Source of the DNA: Macrostomum lignano
Lineage: Eukaryota
Assembly (NCBI GenBank): GCA_002269645.1
Contig: NIVC01000184.1
Span: 62,001-126,000, forward strand
Reading direction: 5' to 3'
DNA: 64,000 bases
Shown here: piece after piece, positions 35,913 to 49,022 of the stretch
Layout of the letters: every line of letters starts with the position of its first letter
How positions within the stretch are numbered: the first letter of the stretch is position 1
Notes under the pieces: model-generated
Told to the model about the DNA's origin: nothing
The model's database searches: none
The model's input: the letters and a program-made list of their open reading frames with translations, nothing else
Made by a program: the position numbers and the translations under genes

Positions 35913-37044
35913 GCCTATGCCAAAACAAAAATGAAAATTGACAACCAATACTTTGGTTCTTAGGGTTAAAACCTAAACAACGAAACAACCATAACCCTAA
36001 CCCTATAACATTTTAATATTTATAAAAAGATTAATAAAAACATTATTTTTACAATTTTATAATTTTTAATATAATTTTGTTGCTAAGAACATGAATATGA
36101 TCATAGAAGCATTGACTATTAGACAAATAGTCTAGAAAAACATATAAATTGTATTCTTATATATATTGTTTACTTAATTTGTTTTTTTATTTGTTTATTT
36201 AATTGTTGCATTCTTGGTTTGTGTATACACTGTACACGGTGAGCATATGCACCCTGAATTTTGATATCACACCTTTAAATTACACTCTGAGCCTTACACC
36301 CTAAAATTGAGCACAGGGTTTGATTTTGAACCTTGTCTCTAGCAAAAACACAGTCTGCATTTATTTATATAGATAATAGAGTAAAAAATAAGAGAGAAAA
36401 TGAGAAATAGAAAAGAAAGGAAAATGATTAAGGTCTCAAAGGAAAGAGAAAGAAAAGCAAATGAGGCAAAAAGATAGAGATTAGAGAATAGAAAGTAATA
36501 AAGGAAGAATGAAAAAGAGAAAAACCATAGTTTCTTTCACTTTTTCTTTATCTTAGCTTGCAAGTATGTAAACTTTTTTTGCTTACCAAAAAGCACTTGA
36601 ATTTGGCTGCATCAAAGTACATTTCTTTATAAAGATAAATTGTAAATGGTTTGAATGTGGAACCACTCTTGTCCTAAAGAAAGTATGGCAAAAGCCATTT
36701 GTTGTTGGAAAGTTCAATTATGGCCATGTGAAAATGATGCCTTTTAAGTTAATTTTATCTTCTCAATTTTTTTGTTGTAAGAAACAATTATTAGTTTGCA
36801 ATTTCATTTAGTAGTTTTATATCAAATCTTTCTATACTACATATTCTATATCAATAGTAGCAAACAGCCTCCAGTTAGTGGGTGATAGGTGGTCACCTTT
36901 CTTCGGCAGTACAGCGGTGCATTTGACTTTCTAATCGTCAGGCATGTGGCTGTGTACAGGAAGCGAAAATGATAGCGTATTAAATGATTTTCTATAAAAT
37001 TAGAATACAAGAACTTAGCCGATTTAATTTCATGCCTAACAGCC

Positions 37045-37506
37045 ATGAACAGCCTGACTGTCACTGAGCCAGTTATTGGTCTATTGGTCTATGATCGATT
37101 TCTCAATGGGATTCGCCGCCTCGCTGCCAGAGCGGGACCCCAGCAGTCAGCTGAATCGACTGCGCCAGCCGCTGTGCTGCTAAAATTAGAAGAATCAGCA
37201 TTTCGAGAATTTGTTGCCACGTGCGGATTAGCTGAATCGGGTGTTAAGCCTGAGAATATTCGACAGTGCTCAGCTGTTCACCTGTTGCCGGGTGTTGGCA
37301 CAGGTCTGCTCAATGCCGATATGCTGGCTATTCGAATTGGCGGAAATAACGGTGTGATTGGGCAGAGACGAGGATTCCGAACTTCGACATCTAGACGGTC
37401 CAGTGATGGCCAGCAACAGCAGTATCGCTACACTGGCATTGGCAAGCGGGCTGGCGGCCAGCGACCGTCTGCTGGGATCAGCTTGGGACGCATTTTCAGC
37501 GGACAG
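37045..37506 (+). CDS. YME1L1: YME1L exon 1 (targeting / N-terminal region)
   Basis: ATG at 37045; QRRGFRT motif like the YME1L N-terminus; |gtatgc donor in phase 0; start codon choice is inference. Confidence 0.7.
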
Positions 37507-37534
37507 GTATGCTGTGCAGATTCACTGTGCTTTC

Positions 37535-37660
37535 AGTTGCTGGGCCAGCCTCCCAGATCCTCAGTTGCTGGGCCAGCCTCCCAGCTCCATCCTCAGTTGC
37601 TGGGCGAACCTCCTAAATCCTTAGTTGCTGGGCCAACCTCTCAGATTCTTAGTTGCTCTC
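37535..37660. repeat. 28-bp minisatellite, array 4 (YME1L intron 1)
   Basis: Same CAGTTGCTGGGCCAGCCTCC unit as the FARP arrays. Confidence 0.9.
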
Positions 37661-37694
37661 GCATAAAATTCGCCATCACCGCCCATCAATCCAG

Positions 37695-38227
37695 TCGGAT
37701 TCGGCCGCAACGCAGCAGCACCATCAGCTGTACAGTCAACATCCCGGCGAGCATGTCGACACAGCCCAATCGTCATCGTCAGGCGCAGCCAGCGCCCAGA
37801 TGCAGAATCTTCTTCGCTCGGTGTCGCGCGATTTACCGCTGGATGCGCACGGCCAGAGCGCGGTCCTGCTACGCCTAGTAGACGCTTACACTCGCGGCGT
37901 ACGCGACGGTGTCGGACACTCTGGCAGCGGCGGCGGCGGCACGGACAGCAGACAGCGTCGTGTGTCGGAATCTGCGTGGAAGTTTTTCTTGGGCATGCTG
38001 AAGACTGCGTCAGTTGTTGGTGCCCTGTACCTGCTAGTCAGTCTGCTGAACCCCAGGGACTCGCTCAGCAAAGTGATGCTAACGGATATCAGCGTTCAGA
38101 AGGAGACTAGTAAAGTTCGATTCGACGATGTGCGCGGCTGCGACACCGCCAAGAGGGAACTGGAAGATGTTGTCGAGTTTCTGAAGCATCCGGAAGATTT
38201 CCAACGAATTGGGGCTCGACTGCCAAG
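37695..38227 (+). CDS. YME1L1: YME1L exon 2 (TM segment, start of AAA domain)
   Basis: aatccag| and |gtcagt; [37 protein letters not shown]. Confidence 0.93.
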
Positions 38228-38404
38228 GTCAGTCAGTGAACTGTCAAATTTCTAATATGAAGTATCAAATTTCTTGTGAAGGAAATTTCTCATTTGATAA
38301 AGAGAAATTTCCTTGGAAAATGGTGATGTTCTGCTTGACTAGATGGAATATTCCTAAAAAATAATTCCCCATCCTACGGAAGGGAATTTTCCTATTATCT
38401 TGTA

Positions 38405-38640
38405 CGAGAATTCCTCGCTTGGCAGAGGGGAATTTTCTTGGAGAACCGAGAATTCCTGGCTTGGCAGAGGGGAATTTTCTTAGGGAACTGAGAATTCCTG
38501 GCTTGGCAGAAAAGAATTTTCTTGGGGAACCGAGAATTCCTCGCTTGGCAGAAGGGAATTTTCTTAGGGAACTGAGAATTCCTGGCTTGGCAGAGGGGAA
38601 TTTTCTTAGGGAACTGAGAATTCCTGGCTTGGCATAGAAA
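38405..38640. repeat. 42-bp minisatellite in YME1L intron 2
   Basis: GGCAGAGGGGAATTTTCTTAGGGAACTGAGAATTCCTGGCTT units with decayed flanks. Confidence 0.92.
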
Positions 38641-38799
38641 CTTTTCTAGGAAATCAAGAATTTTTCTATACACAAAGTGGAATTCTTCTATGAAATCGTG
38701 AATTCCTTGTTTGATCGGATAAAGAGGAATTTCTTCGTCTATGTAAGAAGAAGCAATCCTCTAGCAATACAAAGATTGTTTCAAATGCACATCCATTAG

Positions 38800-39288
<489 letters not shown>

Positions 39289-39297
39289 TAAGGGCGC

Positions 39298-39900
39298 GGT
39301 GGGTCATGGGTCATTCAGTTAGGTCAGGTGGGTCATGGGTCATTCGGTTAGGTCAGGTGGGTCATGGGTCATTTGATTAGGTCAGTGATTCATGGGTCAT
39401 TCGATTAAGTCAGGTGGGTCATGGGTCATTCGATTAGATCTTGTGGGTCATGGGTCAGTTAATTAGGTCAGGTGGGTCATTAGTCATTCGGTTAGGTCAG
39501 GTGGGTCATGGGTCATTCGGTTAGGTCAGGTGGGTCATAGGTCATTCGGTTAGGTCAGGTGGGTCATGGGTCATTCGGTTAGGTCAGGTGGGTTATGGGT
39601 CATTAGTCTTTTGATTAGGTCAGGTGGGTTTTGGGTCATTAGTCATTTGATTAGGTCAGGTGGGTTATGGGTCGTTTGGTTAGGTCAGATGGGTTATGGG
39701 TCATTAGTCATTTGATTAGGTCAGGTGGGCTTTGGGTCATTAGTCATTTGATTAGGTCAGGTGGGTTATGGGTCATTTGGTTAGGTCAGGTTGGATCATT
39801 AGTCATTCGACTAGGTAGGTCAGGTAGGTCATTAGTCATTCGATTAGGTCAGGTAAGTCATTAGTCATTAATTAAGTTATGGTGGTTCATGGGTCATTGA
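39298..39900. repeat. Minisatellite of about 29 bp in YME1L intron 3
   Basis: GGTCATTCGGTTAGGTCAGGTGGGTCAT-like units. Confidence 0.92.
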
Positions 39901-40037
39901 TCATTATCTTAACTTTCTGTAGATGCTTATATATTAATTAAGATTGGGTTCTATAAGAAAACTAAGTTCACCCATTAGTTATACCACTCATGCCTGTGTG
40001 GTATAACAACAATTTACGCTGTACCTATCTTCCACAG

Positions 40038-40256
40038 GTACACCTACCAGACCTAGTTGGCCGAACCAGCATCCTGGAGCTGTACCTCAGCAAAGTGTCC
40101 ATCGCTGACGATGTGGACATTGATCGTCTTGCCAAAATCACAATCGGCTTCTCCGGAGCTCAGTTAGCCAACGTTATTAATCAGGGCGCAGTCATTGCCG
40201 CTCTGGAACGGGAGCAGTGCGTCAATTGGAGGCATATTCAGACTGCTTATAATAAA
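40038..40256 (+). CDS. YME1L1: YME1L exon 4 (AAA lid)
   Basis: ttccacag| and |gtgcgt; VHLPDLVGRTSILELYL...GFSGAQLANVINQGA. Confidence 0.93.
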
Positions 40257-40377
40257 GTGCGTTTAATTTTCGTGTACATGTATGAGCAAATTATGTATAT
40301 AGCTAAACTTGTCGGGCAATGGTTTATGCAACTTATTAAGCAAGTAGCTTTTGAGATTTTTTTCTAAGGAAGTACGT

Positions 40378-42730
40378 AGGTCACCTGCTCTCGTTTTGGG
40401 TCACCTGATCTCATAGTAGGTCACCTGATCTCATATTGGGTCACCTGATTTCAAAGTAGGTCACCTGCTCTCGTTTTGGGTCACCTGATCTCATAGTAGG
40501 TCACCTGATCTCATATTGGGTCACCTGAACTCATAGTGGGTCATTTGATCTCATAGTTGGTCACCTGATTTCAAATTAGGTCACCTGATCTCATAGTAGA
40601 TCACCTGATCTCATAGTAGATCACCTGATCTCATAGTAGGTTGCTTGATCTCATAGTAGGTTGCTTGATCCCATAGTAGGTTGCTTGTTCTCATAGTAGG
40701 TTGCTTGATCTCATAGTGGGACACCTGATCTCATAGTAGGTCACCTGAACTCATAGTAGGTCACCTGATCTCATATTGGGTCACCTGATCTCATATTGGG
40801 TCACCTGATCTCATAGTTGGTCACCTGATCTCATAGTAGGTCACCTGATCTCATATTGGGTCACCTAATCTCATAGTAGGTCACCTGATATCATAGTAGG
40901 TCACCTGATTTCATAGTAGGTCACCTGATTTCATAGTAGGTCACCTGATTTCATAGTAGGTCACCTGATTTCATAGTAGGTCACCTGATCTCATAATAGA
41001 TCACTTGATCTCATATTGGGTCACCTGATCTCATAGTAGGTCACCTGATTTCATAGTAGGTCACCTGAACTCATAGTGGGTCACCTGATCTCATATTGGG
41101 TCACCTGATCTCATATTGGGTCACCTGATCTCATAGTTGGTCACCTGATCTCATAGTAGGTCACCTGATCTCATATTGGGTCACCTAATCTCATAGTAGG
41201 TCACCTGATCTCATAGTAGGTCACCTGATCTCATAGTAGGTCACCTGATATCATAGTAGGTCACCTGATTTCATAGTAGGTCACCTGATTTCATAGTAGG
41301 TCACCTGATTTCATAGTAGGTCACCTGATCTCATATTGGGTCACCTGATCTCATATTGGGTCACCTGATCTCATAGTTGGTCACCTGATCTCATAGTAGG
41401 TCACCTGATCTCATATTGGGTCACCTAATCTCATAGTAGGTCACCTGATCTCATAGTAGGTCACCTGATCTCATAGTAGGTCACCTGATATCATAGTAGG
41501 TCACCTGATTTCATAGTAGGTCACCTGATTTCATAGTAGGTCACCTGATCTCATAATAGATCACTTTATCTCATATTGGGTCACCTGAACTCATAGTGGG
41601 TCATTTGATCTCATAGTTGGTCACCTGATTTCAAATTAGGTCACCTGATCTCATAGTAGATCACCTGATCTCATAGTAGATCACCTGATCTCATAGTAGG
41701 TTGCTTGATCTCATAGTAGGTTGCTTGATCCCATAGTAGGTTGCTTGTTCTCATAGTGGGACACCTGATCTCATAGTAGGTCACCTAAACTCATAGTAGG
41801 TCACCTGATCTCATATTGGGTCACCTGATCTCATATTGGGTCACCTGATCTCATAGTTGGTCACCTGATCTCATAGTAGGTCACCTGATCTCATATTGGG
41901 TCACCTAATCTCATAGTAGGTCACCTGATCTCATAGTAGGTCACCTGATCTCATAGTAGGTCACCTGATATCATAGTAGGTCACCTGATTTCATAGTAGG
42001 TCACCTGATTTCATAGTAGGTCACCTGATTTCATAGTAGGTCACCTGATCTCATAATAGATCACTTGATCTCATATTGGGTCACCTGATCTCATAGTAGG
42101 TCACCTGATTTCATAGTAGGTCACCTGAACTCATAGTGGGTCACCTGATCTCATATTGGGTCACCTGATCTCATATTGGGTCACCTGATCTCATAGTTGG
42201 TCACCTGATCTCATAGTAGGTCACCTGATCTCATATTGGGTCACCTAATCTCATAGTAGGTCACCTGATCTCATAGTAGGTCACCTGATATCATAGTAGG
42301 TCACCTGATTTCATAGTAGGTCACCTGAACTCATAGTAGGTCACCTGATCTCATATTGGGTCACCTGATCTCATATTGGGTCACCTGATCTCATAGTTGG
42401 TCACCTGATCTCATAGTAGGTCACCTGATATCATAGTAGGTCACCTGATTTCATAGTAGGTCACCTGATTTCATAGTAGGTCACCTGATTTCATAGTAGG
42501 TCACCTGATCTCATAATAGATCACTTGATCTCATATTGGGTCACCTGATCTTATAGTAGGTCACCTGATTTCATAGTAGGTCACCTGATTTCATAGTAGG
42601 TCACCTGATCTCATAATAGATCACTTGATCTCATATTGGGTCACCTGATCTCATAGTAGGTCACCTGATATCATAGTAGGTCACCTGATCTCATAGTAGA
42701 TCACCTGATCTCACAGTGGGTCACCTGACT
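40378..42730. repeat. 20-bp minisatellite GGTCACCTGATCTCATAGTA, about 117 copies, YME1L intron 4
   Basis: Exact period 20, visible as aligned columns. Confidence 0.98.
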
Positions 42731-42779
42731 CATAAAAATGAGATTTAACCTCCTCCCTCTTTACCCCCCCCCCTCCCAG

Positions 42780-43124
42780 GTTCGCATGGGCACAGTTGGC
42801 AACAAGCCTCGAACTCCGCACGTCAACACGATGACGGCGGCGCACGAGTCTGGCCACACTCTCGTGGCCCTGTTCACCAAGGACGCGCCGAAAGTGAATC
42901 ACGTGACCATCCTACCGCGCGGCCTCAGCCTGGGCCACACCGCCCCTCTGCCTGACGAGGCCGACCAGTTTGGCAGTAGGAAATCGCAGATCCTGGCCCA
43001 GATTGACATGTTTATGGGCGGCCAAGCTGCCGAGGAGCTCATGTTCGGGCCGGACTCTGTCACCACCGGCTGTTCTAGCGATCTGCAACAGGCTACTCAA
43101 CTGGCTCGGTCTATGGTTGAGAAA
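42780..43124 (+). CDS. YME1L1: YME1L exon 5 (M41 peptidase)
   Basis: ctcccag| and |gtgaga; HEXXH zinc motif TAAHESGH, MGGQAAEE, TGCSSDLQQAT. Confidence 0.96.
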
Positions 43125-43189
43125 GTGAGAAAGTGTTTTGTGAGGGCGGGGGGTTCGAGCGCATTTTGTACGAGAGTTAGAGATTTGCC

Positions 43190-44010
43190 TTTTTCTGTGC
43201 GCCTCTCTGTGTCTGTCTATCTATTTTTACCTGTCTTCATGTCTGTCTGCCTGTCCATCTATACCTGTCTATCCATTTATACCTGTCTATCTGTCCATCT
43301 GTACGTGTCTATGTGTCTCTCTATACCTGTCTTTCTGTCTATCTGTCTATCTATACCTGTCTATCTTTACCTGCCTATCTGTCTCTCTATACCTGTCTAT
43401 CTTTACCTGCCTATCTGTCTCTCTATACCTGTCTTTCTGTCTCTATACGTGTCTATCTGTCCATCTGTACCTGTCTACCTGTCTCTCTATACCTGTCTTT
43501 CTGTCTATCTATACCTGTCCATCTGTCTATCTTTACCTGTCTATCTGTCTCTCTATACCTGTCTTTCTGTCTATCTATACCTGTCCATCTGTCTATCTTT
43601 ACCTGTCTATCTATACCTGTCCATACATGCGCAACAGTCGGCCGAGTCGGCCGATCCGGCCGACCGATTTGGCGGCCAACCAAGGAAGTCGCAAAAATGC
43701 CCACCCGAAAAAACAAAAAGTAGCTGACGAGGCATTTTGGCTTTAGAAGACAGTCATAGTTACTCCTGCCGTTTACCCAAAGTTGCGTTAATTTTGCTTA
43801 CGGGTTTCTTTTCATGTAAGTCGCACTTTTGGCCAAAAACTACGTCGCATTTTTGTTAAAACTAAGTCGCACGGCCAACCGAATTTTGGAGGTTGCGCAT
43901 GTATGTACCTGTCTATTTGTCTCTCTATACCTGTCTTTCTGTCTCTCTATACCTGTCTTTCTGTCTCTCTATACCCTGTCTGTCTGTCCATCCGTACCTG
44001 TCTGTCTGTC
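43190..44010. repeat. CT-rich degenerate minisatellite (CTATACCTGTCT...) in YME1L intron 5
   Basis: Visible directly; interrupted by MITE 43622-43905. Confidence 0.88.
43622..43905. mobile_element. MITE, 284 bp, hAT-like, inserted in YME1L intron 5
   Basis: 14-bp perfect TIR CATACATGCGCAAC; 8-bp TSD TACCTGTC; internal GTCGCA and CGGCC subterminal repeats. Confidence 0.85.
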
Positions 44011-44079
44011 CCATTTGTCTTGTCCATCGTTCATTTATGCCAGTCAACCCCCCTCACTCTGCTCCGCCTTATTACCCAG

Positions 44080-44505
44080 TACGGCATGAGCGACGGCATC
44101 GGCGTTATGACCGTATCGGCAGAAAATTCTAGTCAGCAGACTCTCGCCCAAGCGGACAGCGAAGTCAAGCGCATCCTCGAGGACAGTCGAGAGCGGGTCC
44201 GGCGTCTCGTTCGCGACCACCGCCAGGAGCTGGAGCAGCTGACCAACGCTCTGTTGGAGTTCGAGTCGCTGGATTACGACGATATTTTGCGGGTCGTGTC
44301 AGGTAAAAAACCGTTTATAGTTAACGCTAAGCAGCAATACCAGCAGAAGCTGCTGAAACAACAACAGCAGCAGCAGCAGCAACAGGAAGGTCGCGACGCT
44401 TCCTGGTTGAAAACGCTGCTTGGAGGCGGCGGCAGCGGCGCTGTCGAAGGAAGCGACACCGGTGCTTCAAGCGAAAGTGTTGAGCCTCAGTCTCCAAAGA
44501 TTTAA
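44080..44505 (+). CDS. YME1L1: YME1L terminal exon with polyQ/Gly tail
   Basis: tacccag| YGMSD...EVKRILEDS...LTNALLEFESL, TAA at 44503-44505; total CDS 2376 nt (791 aa). Confidence 0.93.
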   Translation, partial: YGMSDGIGVMTVSAENSSQQTLAQADSEVKRILEDSRERVRRLVRDHRQELEQLTNALLEFESLDYDDILRVVSGKKPFIVNAKQQYQQKLLKQQQQQQQQQEGRDASWLKTLLGGGGSGAVEGSDTGASSESVEPQSPKI

Positions 44506-44579
44506 CTTGATGCGCTAAAACTTGATGACATTGTTCACATTGCTGAATTCAGTTTTCAGTTGTTCGATTTTTAGGTCAT

Positions 44580-45243
44580 CTGCTCCCTACCCAATCAATC
44601 TGTGCAGTAATCCGCTCCCTACCCAATAAATCTGCGTAGTAATCCGCTCCCTACCCAATCAATCTGTGCAGTAATCCGCTCCCTACCCAATAAATCTGCG
44701 TAGTAATCCGCTCCCTACCCAATCAATCTGTGTAGTAATCCGCTCCCTACCCAATCAATCTGTATAGTAATCCGCTCCCTACCCAATAAATCTGCGTAGT
44801 AATCCGCTCCCTACCCAATCAATCTGTGTAGTAATCCGCTCCCTACCCAATCAATCTGTGTAGTAATCCGCTCTCTACCCAATCAATCTGTGCAGTAATC
44901 CGCTCCCTACCCAATCAATCTGTGCAGTAATCCGCTCTCTACCCAATAAATCTGCGTAGTAATCCGCTCCCTACCCAATCAATCTGCGTAGGAATCCGCT
45001 CCCTACCCAGTAAATCTGTGCAGTAATCCGCTCCCTACTCAATCAATCTGCTAAGTAATCCGCTACCTACCCAATCAATCTGTGTAGTAATCCGCTCCCT
45101 ACTCAATCAATCTGCTAAGTAATCCGCTACCTACCCAATCAATCTGTGTAGTAATCCGCTCCCTACTCAATCAATCTGCTAAGTAATCCGCTCCCTACCC
45201 AATCAATCTGTGTAGTAATCCGCTCCCTACCCAACCAATCTGT
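44580..45243. repeat. 32-bp minisatellite just downstream of the YME1L stop, about 21 copies
   Basis: Unit TAATCCGCTCCCTACCCAAT(C/A)AATCTGTGTAG; period 32 measured at 44641/44673. Confidence 0.96.
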
Positions 45244-45749
45244 TTAGTTGGTAAGGCTGATAAACAGTGAATTATATTTTTATGGCAAAGTGAACTTACT
45301 TAATTTTTTAACTAAGCCAGTTTGTCCCTGCTTGCGAATCCTGAAAAAAAAACAATAAAAATGGTGTCATCTTTTTTCAGTAAGTTTAATTAGCCGAAAC
45401 TTCAACAGGCTAATTCTTAGAATGTTTCTATTTTTATCCAGGTCCGCAAAGTACTTTTAACTAGTGTCCGCGTGTTCTTGGTTTAGTTTCAGTTTCAGAT
45501 GTCTGATGAGTTGTGGAAAAAATGCTGCTTCAATGAACCTGCTTTCCTTTGTTCTTTTGTTTCTAAATTCGCGACTTAAATAAAGTTTTCCGTATATCCT
45601 GTATTTTTGTCCTAGCAACCGGAGAACTCGAATATTGATAGAACTTTACTATCGAGTTATTTGTTGCTAGTCTGTTTTGTAGTGTCATTTGCGTTTATAT
45701 TGCCACTCCGTGCATTCTTTGTTGCTTAATTAATACTTTTAACTTTGCA

Positions 45750-46367
45750 TCTTCTTCCCTACACCCCACTGACTCCCTCTCTGATTCTACCTCTCACTCT
45801 CTCCCTGACTCCCTCTCTGATTCTACCTCTCACTCTCTCCCTGACTCCCTCTCTGATTCTACCTCTCACTCTCTCCCTGACTCCCTCTCTGATTCTACCT
45901 CTCACTCTCTCCCTGACTCCCCCTCTGACTCTCCCTGTCTCCATCTCTGACTCTCCCTGTCTCCATCTCTGACTCTCCCTGTCTCCATCTCTGACTCCCC
46001 TGTCTCCATCTCTGACTCCCCTGTCTCCATCCCATCATATCTCTGACTCTCTGATCTCTGACTCTACCTCTCACTCTCTCCCTGACTCCCCCTCTGACTC
46101 TCCCTGTCTCCATCTCTGACTCTCCCTGTCTCCATCTCTGACTCTCCCTGTCTCCGTCTCTGACTCTCCCTGTCTCCATCTCTGACTCTACCTCTCACTC
46201 TCTCACTGTTTCCCTCTTTCCCCCTCTCACTCTCTCTCCCTCTCTCTCCCTCTCACTCTCTATCCCTCTCACTCTCTCTCCGTCTCACTCTCTCTTCGAC
46301 TCTCCCTCTCGAACTCTACCTCTCACTTCCTCTCTGACTCTCCAGCTCACTTTCCCTGACTTGCTTT

Positions 46368-46412
<45 letters not shown>

Positions 46413-46440
46413 TCCCTCTCCAACTCTACCTCTCACCCTC
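45750..46440. repeat. CT-rich composite tandem repeats and (CT)n
   Basis: Visible directly. Confidence 0.9.
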
Positions 46441-47179
46441 TCCTGACTTCCTCTAATTCTCACACTTCCTCTAATGTTGTGGGTTCCACTGTCTCTCACG
46501 GGTCTCACTGAAGCACAACGGTAATTCTGTTGACTTGTGTTTAACTCGGTCATCTTCCACAATAATTGTCGCTTTAAATTTGAAATCCAGTTAAATAACT
46601 AACCACACCGGCCCATCATATGTCAAGAGAACTGCTGCCTGAGCTTACGCCCTCCTTTCCCAAATGAAGTATCGGCACCGTGAAGGTATTGTTTAGTTAA
46701 AGACAAAAACAATTCGATTCAAATATTATGCGTTACATTGTGGCGAAAGAAAACTACACACGCAAATAAATGATAAACCTGAGTTATGCTGCTACGTTAT
46801 TTAACTACTCGTAATTTGAAAATCGTTGCATGCTACTATTAGTAGCCGTCTTGTGGCTTATTTAATGCATTCATAATAGAATTTCTACTATATAATGAGC
46901 CTAATAAATGACCCGATTTAACTGCTACTTTATTAGTATTGTTAGCCGGTAGGTAACAGGTGTGTATCGGATTTCTGCAGCTCTGTGCACTTTTAGGGCA
47001 GCCGTTAAACTTATGCCGAAAATGTTACAATGCTTTAACCGCGTACTACTATTGGTAGTCAATCTGTAATGTAGCTATCATTTTATCCGTCTGGGTTTGC
47101 CACCCCTATGATTCTTTTATCTGCGTCATCACTGTTATTGATACCTTGATTGCTGCACCGCTACCTCACTTTTAATCCC

Positions 47180-48062
47180 CCACATCTCTCCCCGCTGTCT
47201 CCCACATCTCCCCCTGCTGTCTCCCACATCTCTCTCCGCTGTCTCCCACATCTCCCCCTGCTGTCTCCCACATCTCTCTCCGCTGTCTCCCACATCTCTC
47301 TCCGCTGTCTCCCACATCTCTCTCCCTGATGTCTCCCACATCTCTCCCTCTGCTGTCTCCCGCATCTCCCATGTTGTCTCCCACACCTCTCTCCCTGCTC
47401 TCCCACATCTCTCCCCGCTGTCTCACAAATCTCTCCCTGCTGTCTCCCACATTTCTCCCCCTGCTGTCTCCCACATCTCTCTCCCTGCTGTCTCCCACAT
47501 TTCTCCCCCTGCTGTCTCCCACATCTCTCTCCCTGCTGTCTCCCACATCTCTCCCCCTGCTGTCTCCCACATCTCTCTCCCTGCTGTCTCCCACATCTCT
47601 CTGACTGCTGTCTCCCACATCTCTCTCCCTGCTGTCTCCCACATCTCTCTGACTGCTGTCTCCCACATCTCTCCCCCTGCTGTCTCCCACATCTCTCCCC
47701 CTGCTGTCTCCCACATCTCCCATGTTGTCTCCCACACCTCTCTCCCTGCTGTCTCCCACATCTCTCCCTGCTATCTCCCACATCTCTCCCCCTGCTGTCT
47801 CCCACATCTCTCCCCCTGCTGTCTCCCACATCTCCCTGCTGTCTCCCACATCTCCCTGCTGTCTCCCACATCTCTCCCTGCTGTCTCCCACATCTCTCTC
47901 CCTGCTGTCTCCCACATCTCTCTCCCTGCTGTCTCCCACATCTCTCTCCCCGCTGTCTCCCACATTTCTCCCTGTTGTCTCCCACATCTCTCTCCCTGCT
48001 GTCTCCCACATCTCTCTCCCTGCTGTCTCCCACATCTCTCCCTGCTGTCTCCCACATCTCCT
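47180..48062. repeat. 22-24-bp minisatellite CTGCTGTCTCCCACATCTCTCC
   Basis: Visible directly. Confidence 0.95.
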
Positions 48063-48744
48063 GTCTCTATTCACATGCCAGTCTTATCACACTCTGTGTT
48101 TATCCCTTTTGTCATAAATTCTTTTCTCTAGAAGATTTTCAAGGTAAATTAGCTATAGAAATGCCTACAGTTATAACATTGGCTTTTTGAGGTCTGTAAG
48201 AGCTGTTTTTTGTTTAGCTATTCCGCTTGGTTAGTTAATAAGCCAACAGTGCATGTTCCTCTGAATTCTTAACACTTTGTTTTATGGAGTCAGTTTGATT
48301 TTTGATTTTTATGCAAATTTGGATTCTGTCAGTGCCACAAAGGTGTTTGCCTGGAGGGTCAGTTATGTAGTCAAAATCATCCTGTTGATTTTGTCATTGA
48401 CTTCTCTTATTGATCGTCTATCGTCACGCAATGCTAGCAGCTTTGGAGTCATTTGAGGTTGTCATCATCTGTGCTGTTGGCTTGAATGAATTGTTGATTG
48501 TGACCTCTTGAGGCAGCAACAGTGTTGAATAGTTGGTCGAGTAAGCTTTGGCGACATCGGTTCCACAAACAGCGCTGACGACAATCTCGTCATACCGCTG
48601 ACTCCTAAGCACGTAAACTCTGCGTCTTGGGGGTTGGCTCTCATGGCTGTTAATCGCACAACTTACCCAAGTGCAATTTTCGTGCATAAAAGTCCAATAT
48701 AATGATGCGTTTGCGGCCGAAATTCATGGTTTGCTGTCGCTGGT

Positions 48745-49022
48745 ATAATATAATGATAATTGATTACACCTGCCTCAATTGGGCCAGATGTGCAACCGTC
48801 TGGCTGTTCTGTCCAAGGACTGTGGAGGGGGGGGGGTCGCTACACTCACCCTCAATTACCCCAGCTAATGCTGGCACCCATTTTACAGCTGGGTGAACTG
48901 AAGCACAATGCAGAGTTAAGCGTCTTGCTCAAGGACACAAATTGTTTCGAGTAGGATCGGGAATCGAACCCCCGACCCTCAAGTCGTGAATCCGATGCTC
49001 TGACCACTAGGCTGCAACCCCC
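48745..49022 (-). mobile_element. tRNA-derived SINE, full-length, with CORE-like central domain
   Basis: Head GGGGTTGCAGCCTAGTGGTCAGAGC...GGTTCGATTCCC; body CCTTGAGCAAGACACTTAAC...CAGCTGTAAAATGGG resembles the MIR/CORE motif as I recall it; AT-rich tail. Confidence 0.8.

Noticed and set aside
48424-48687. Possible minus-strand exon
   Set aside because: No homology recognised and no phase-compatible partner exons found.
48940-49022. Functional tRNA gene (also 3286-3360)
   Set aside because: Stems are imperfect and both heads continue into a shared SINE body and tail.
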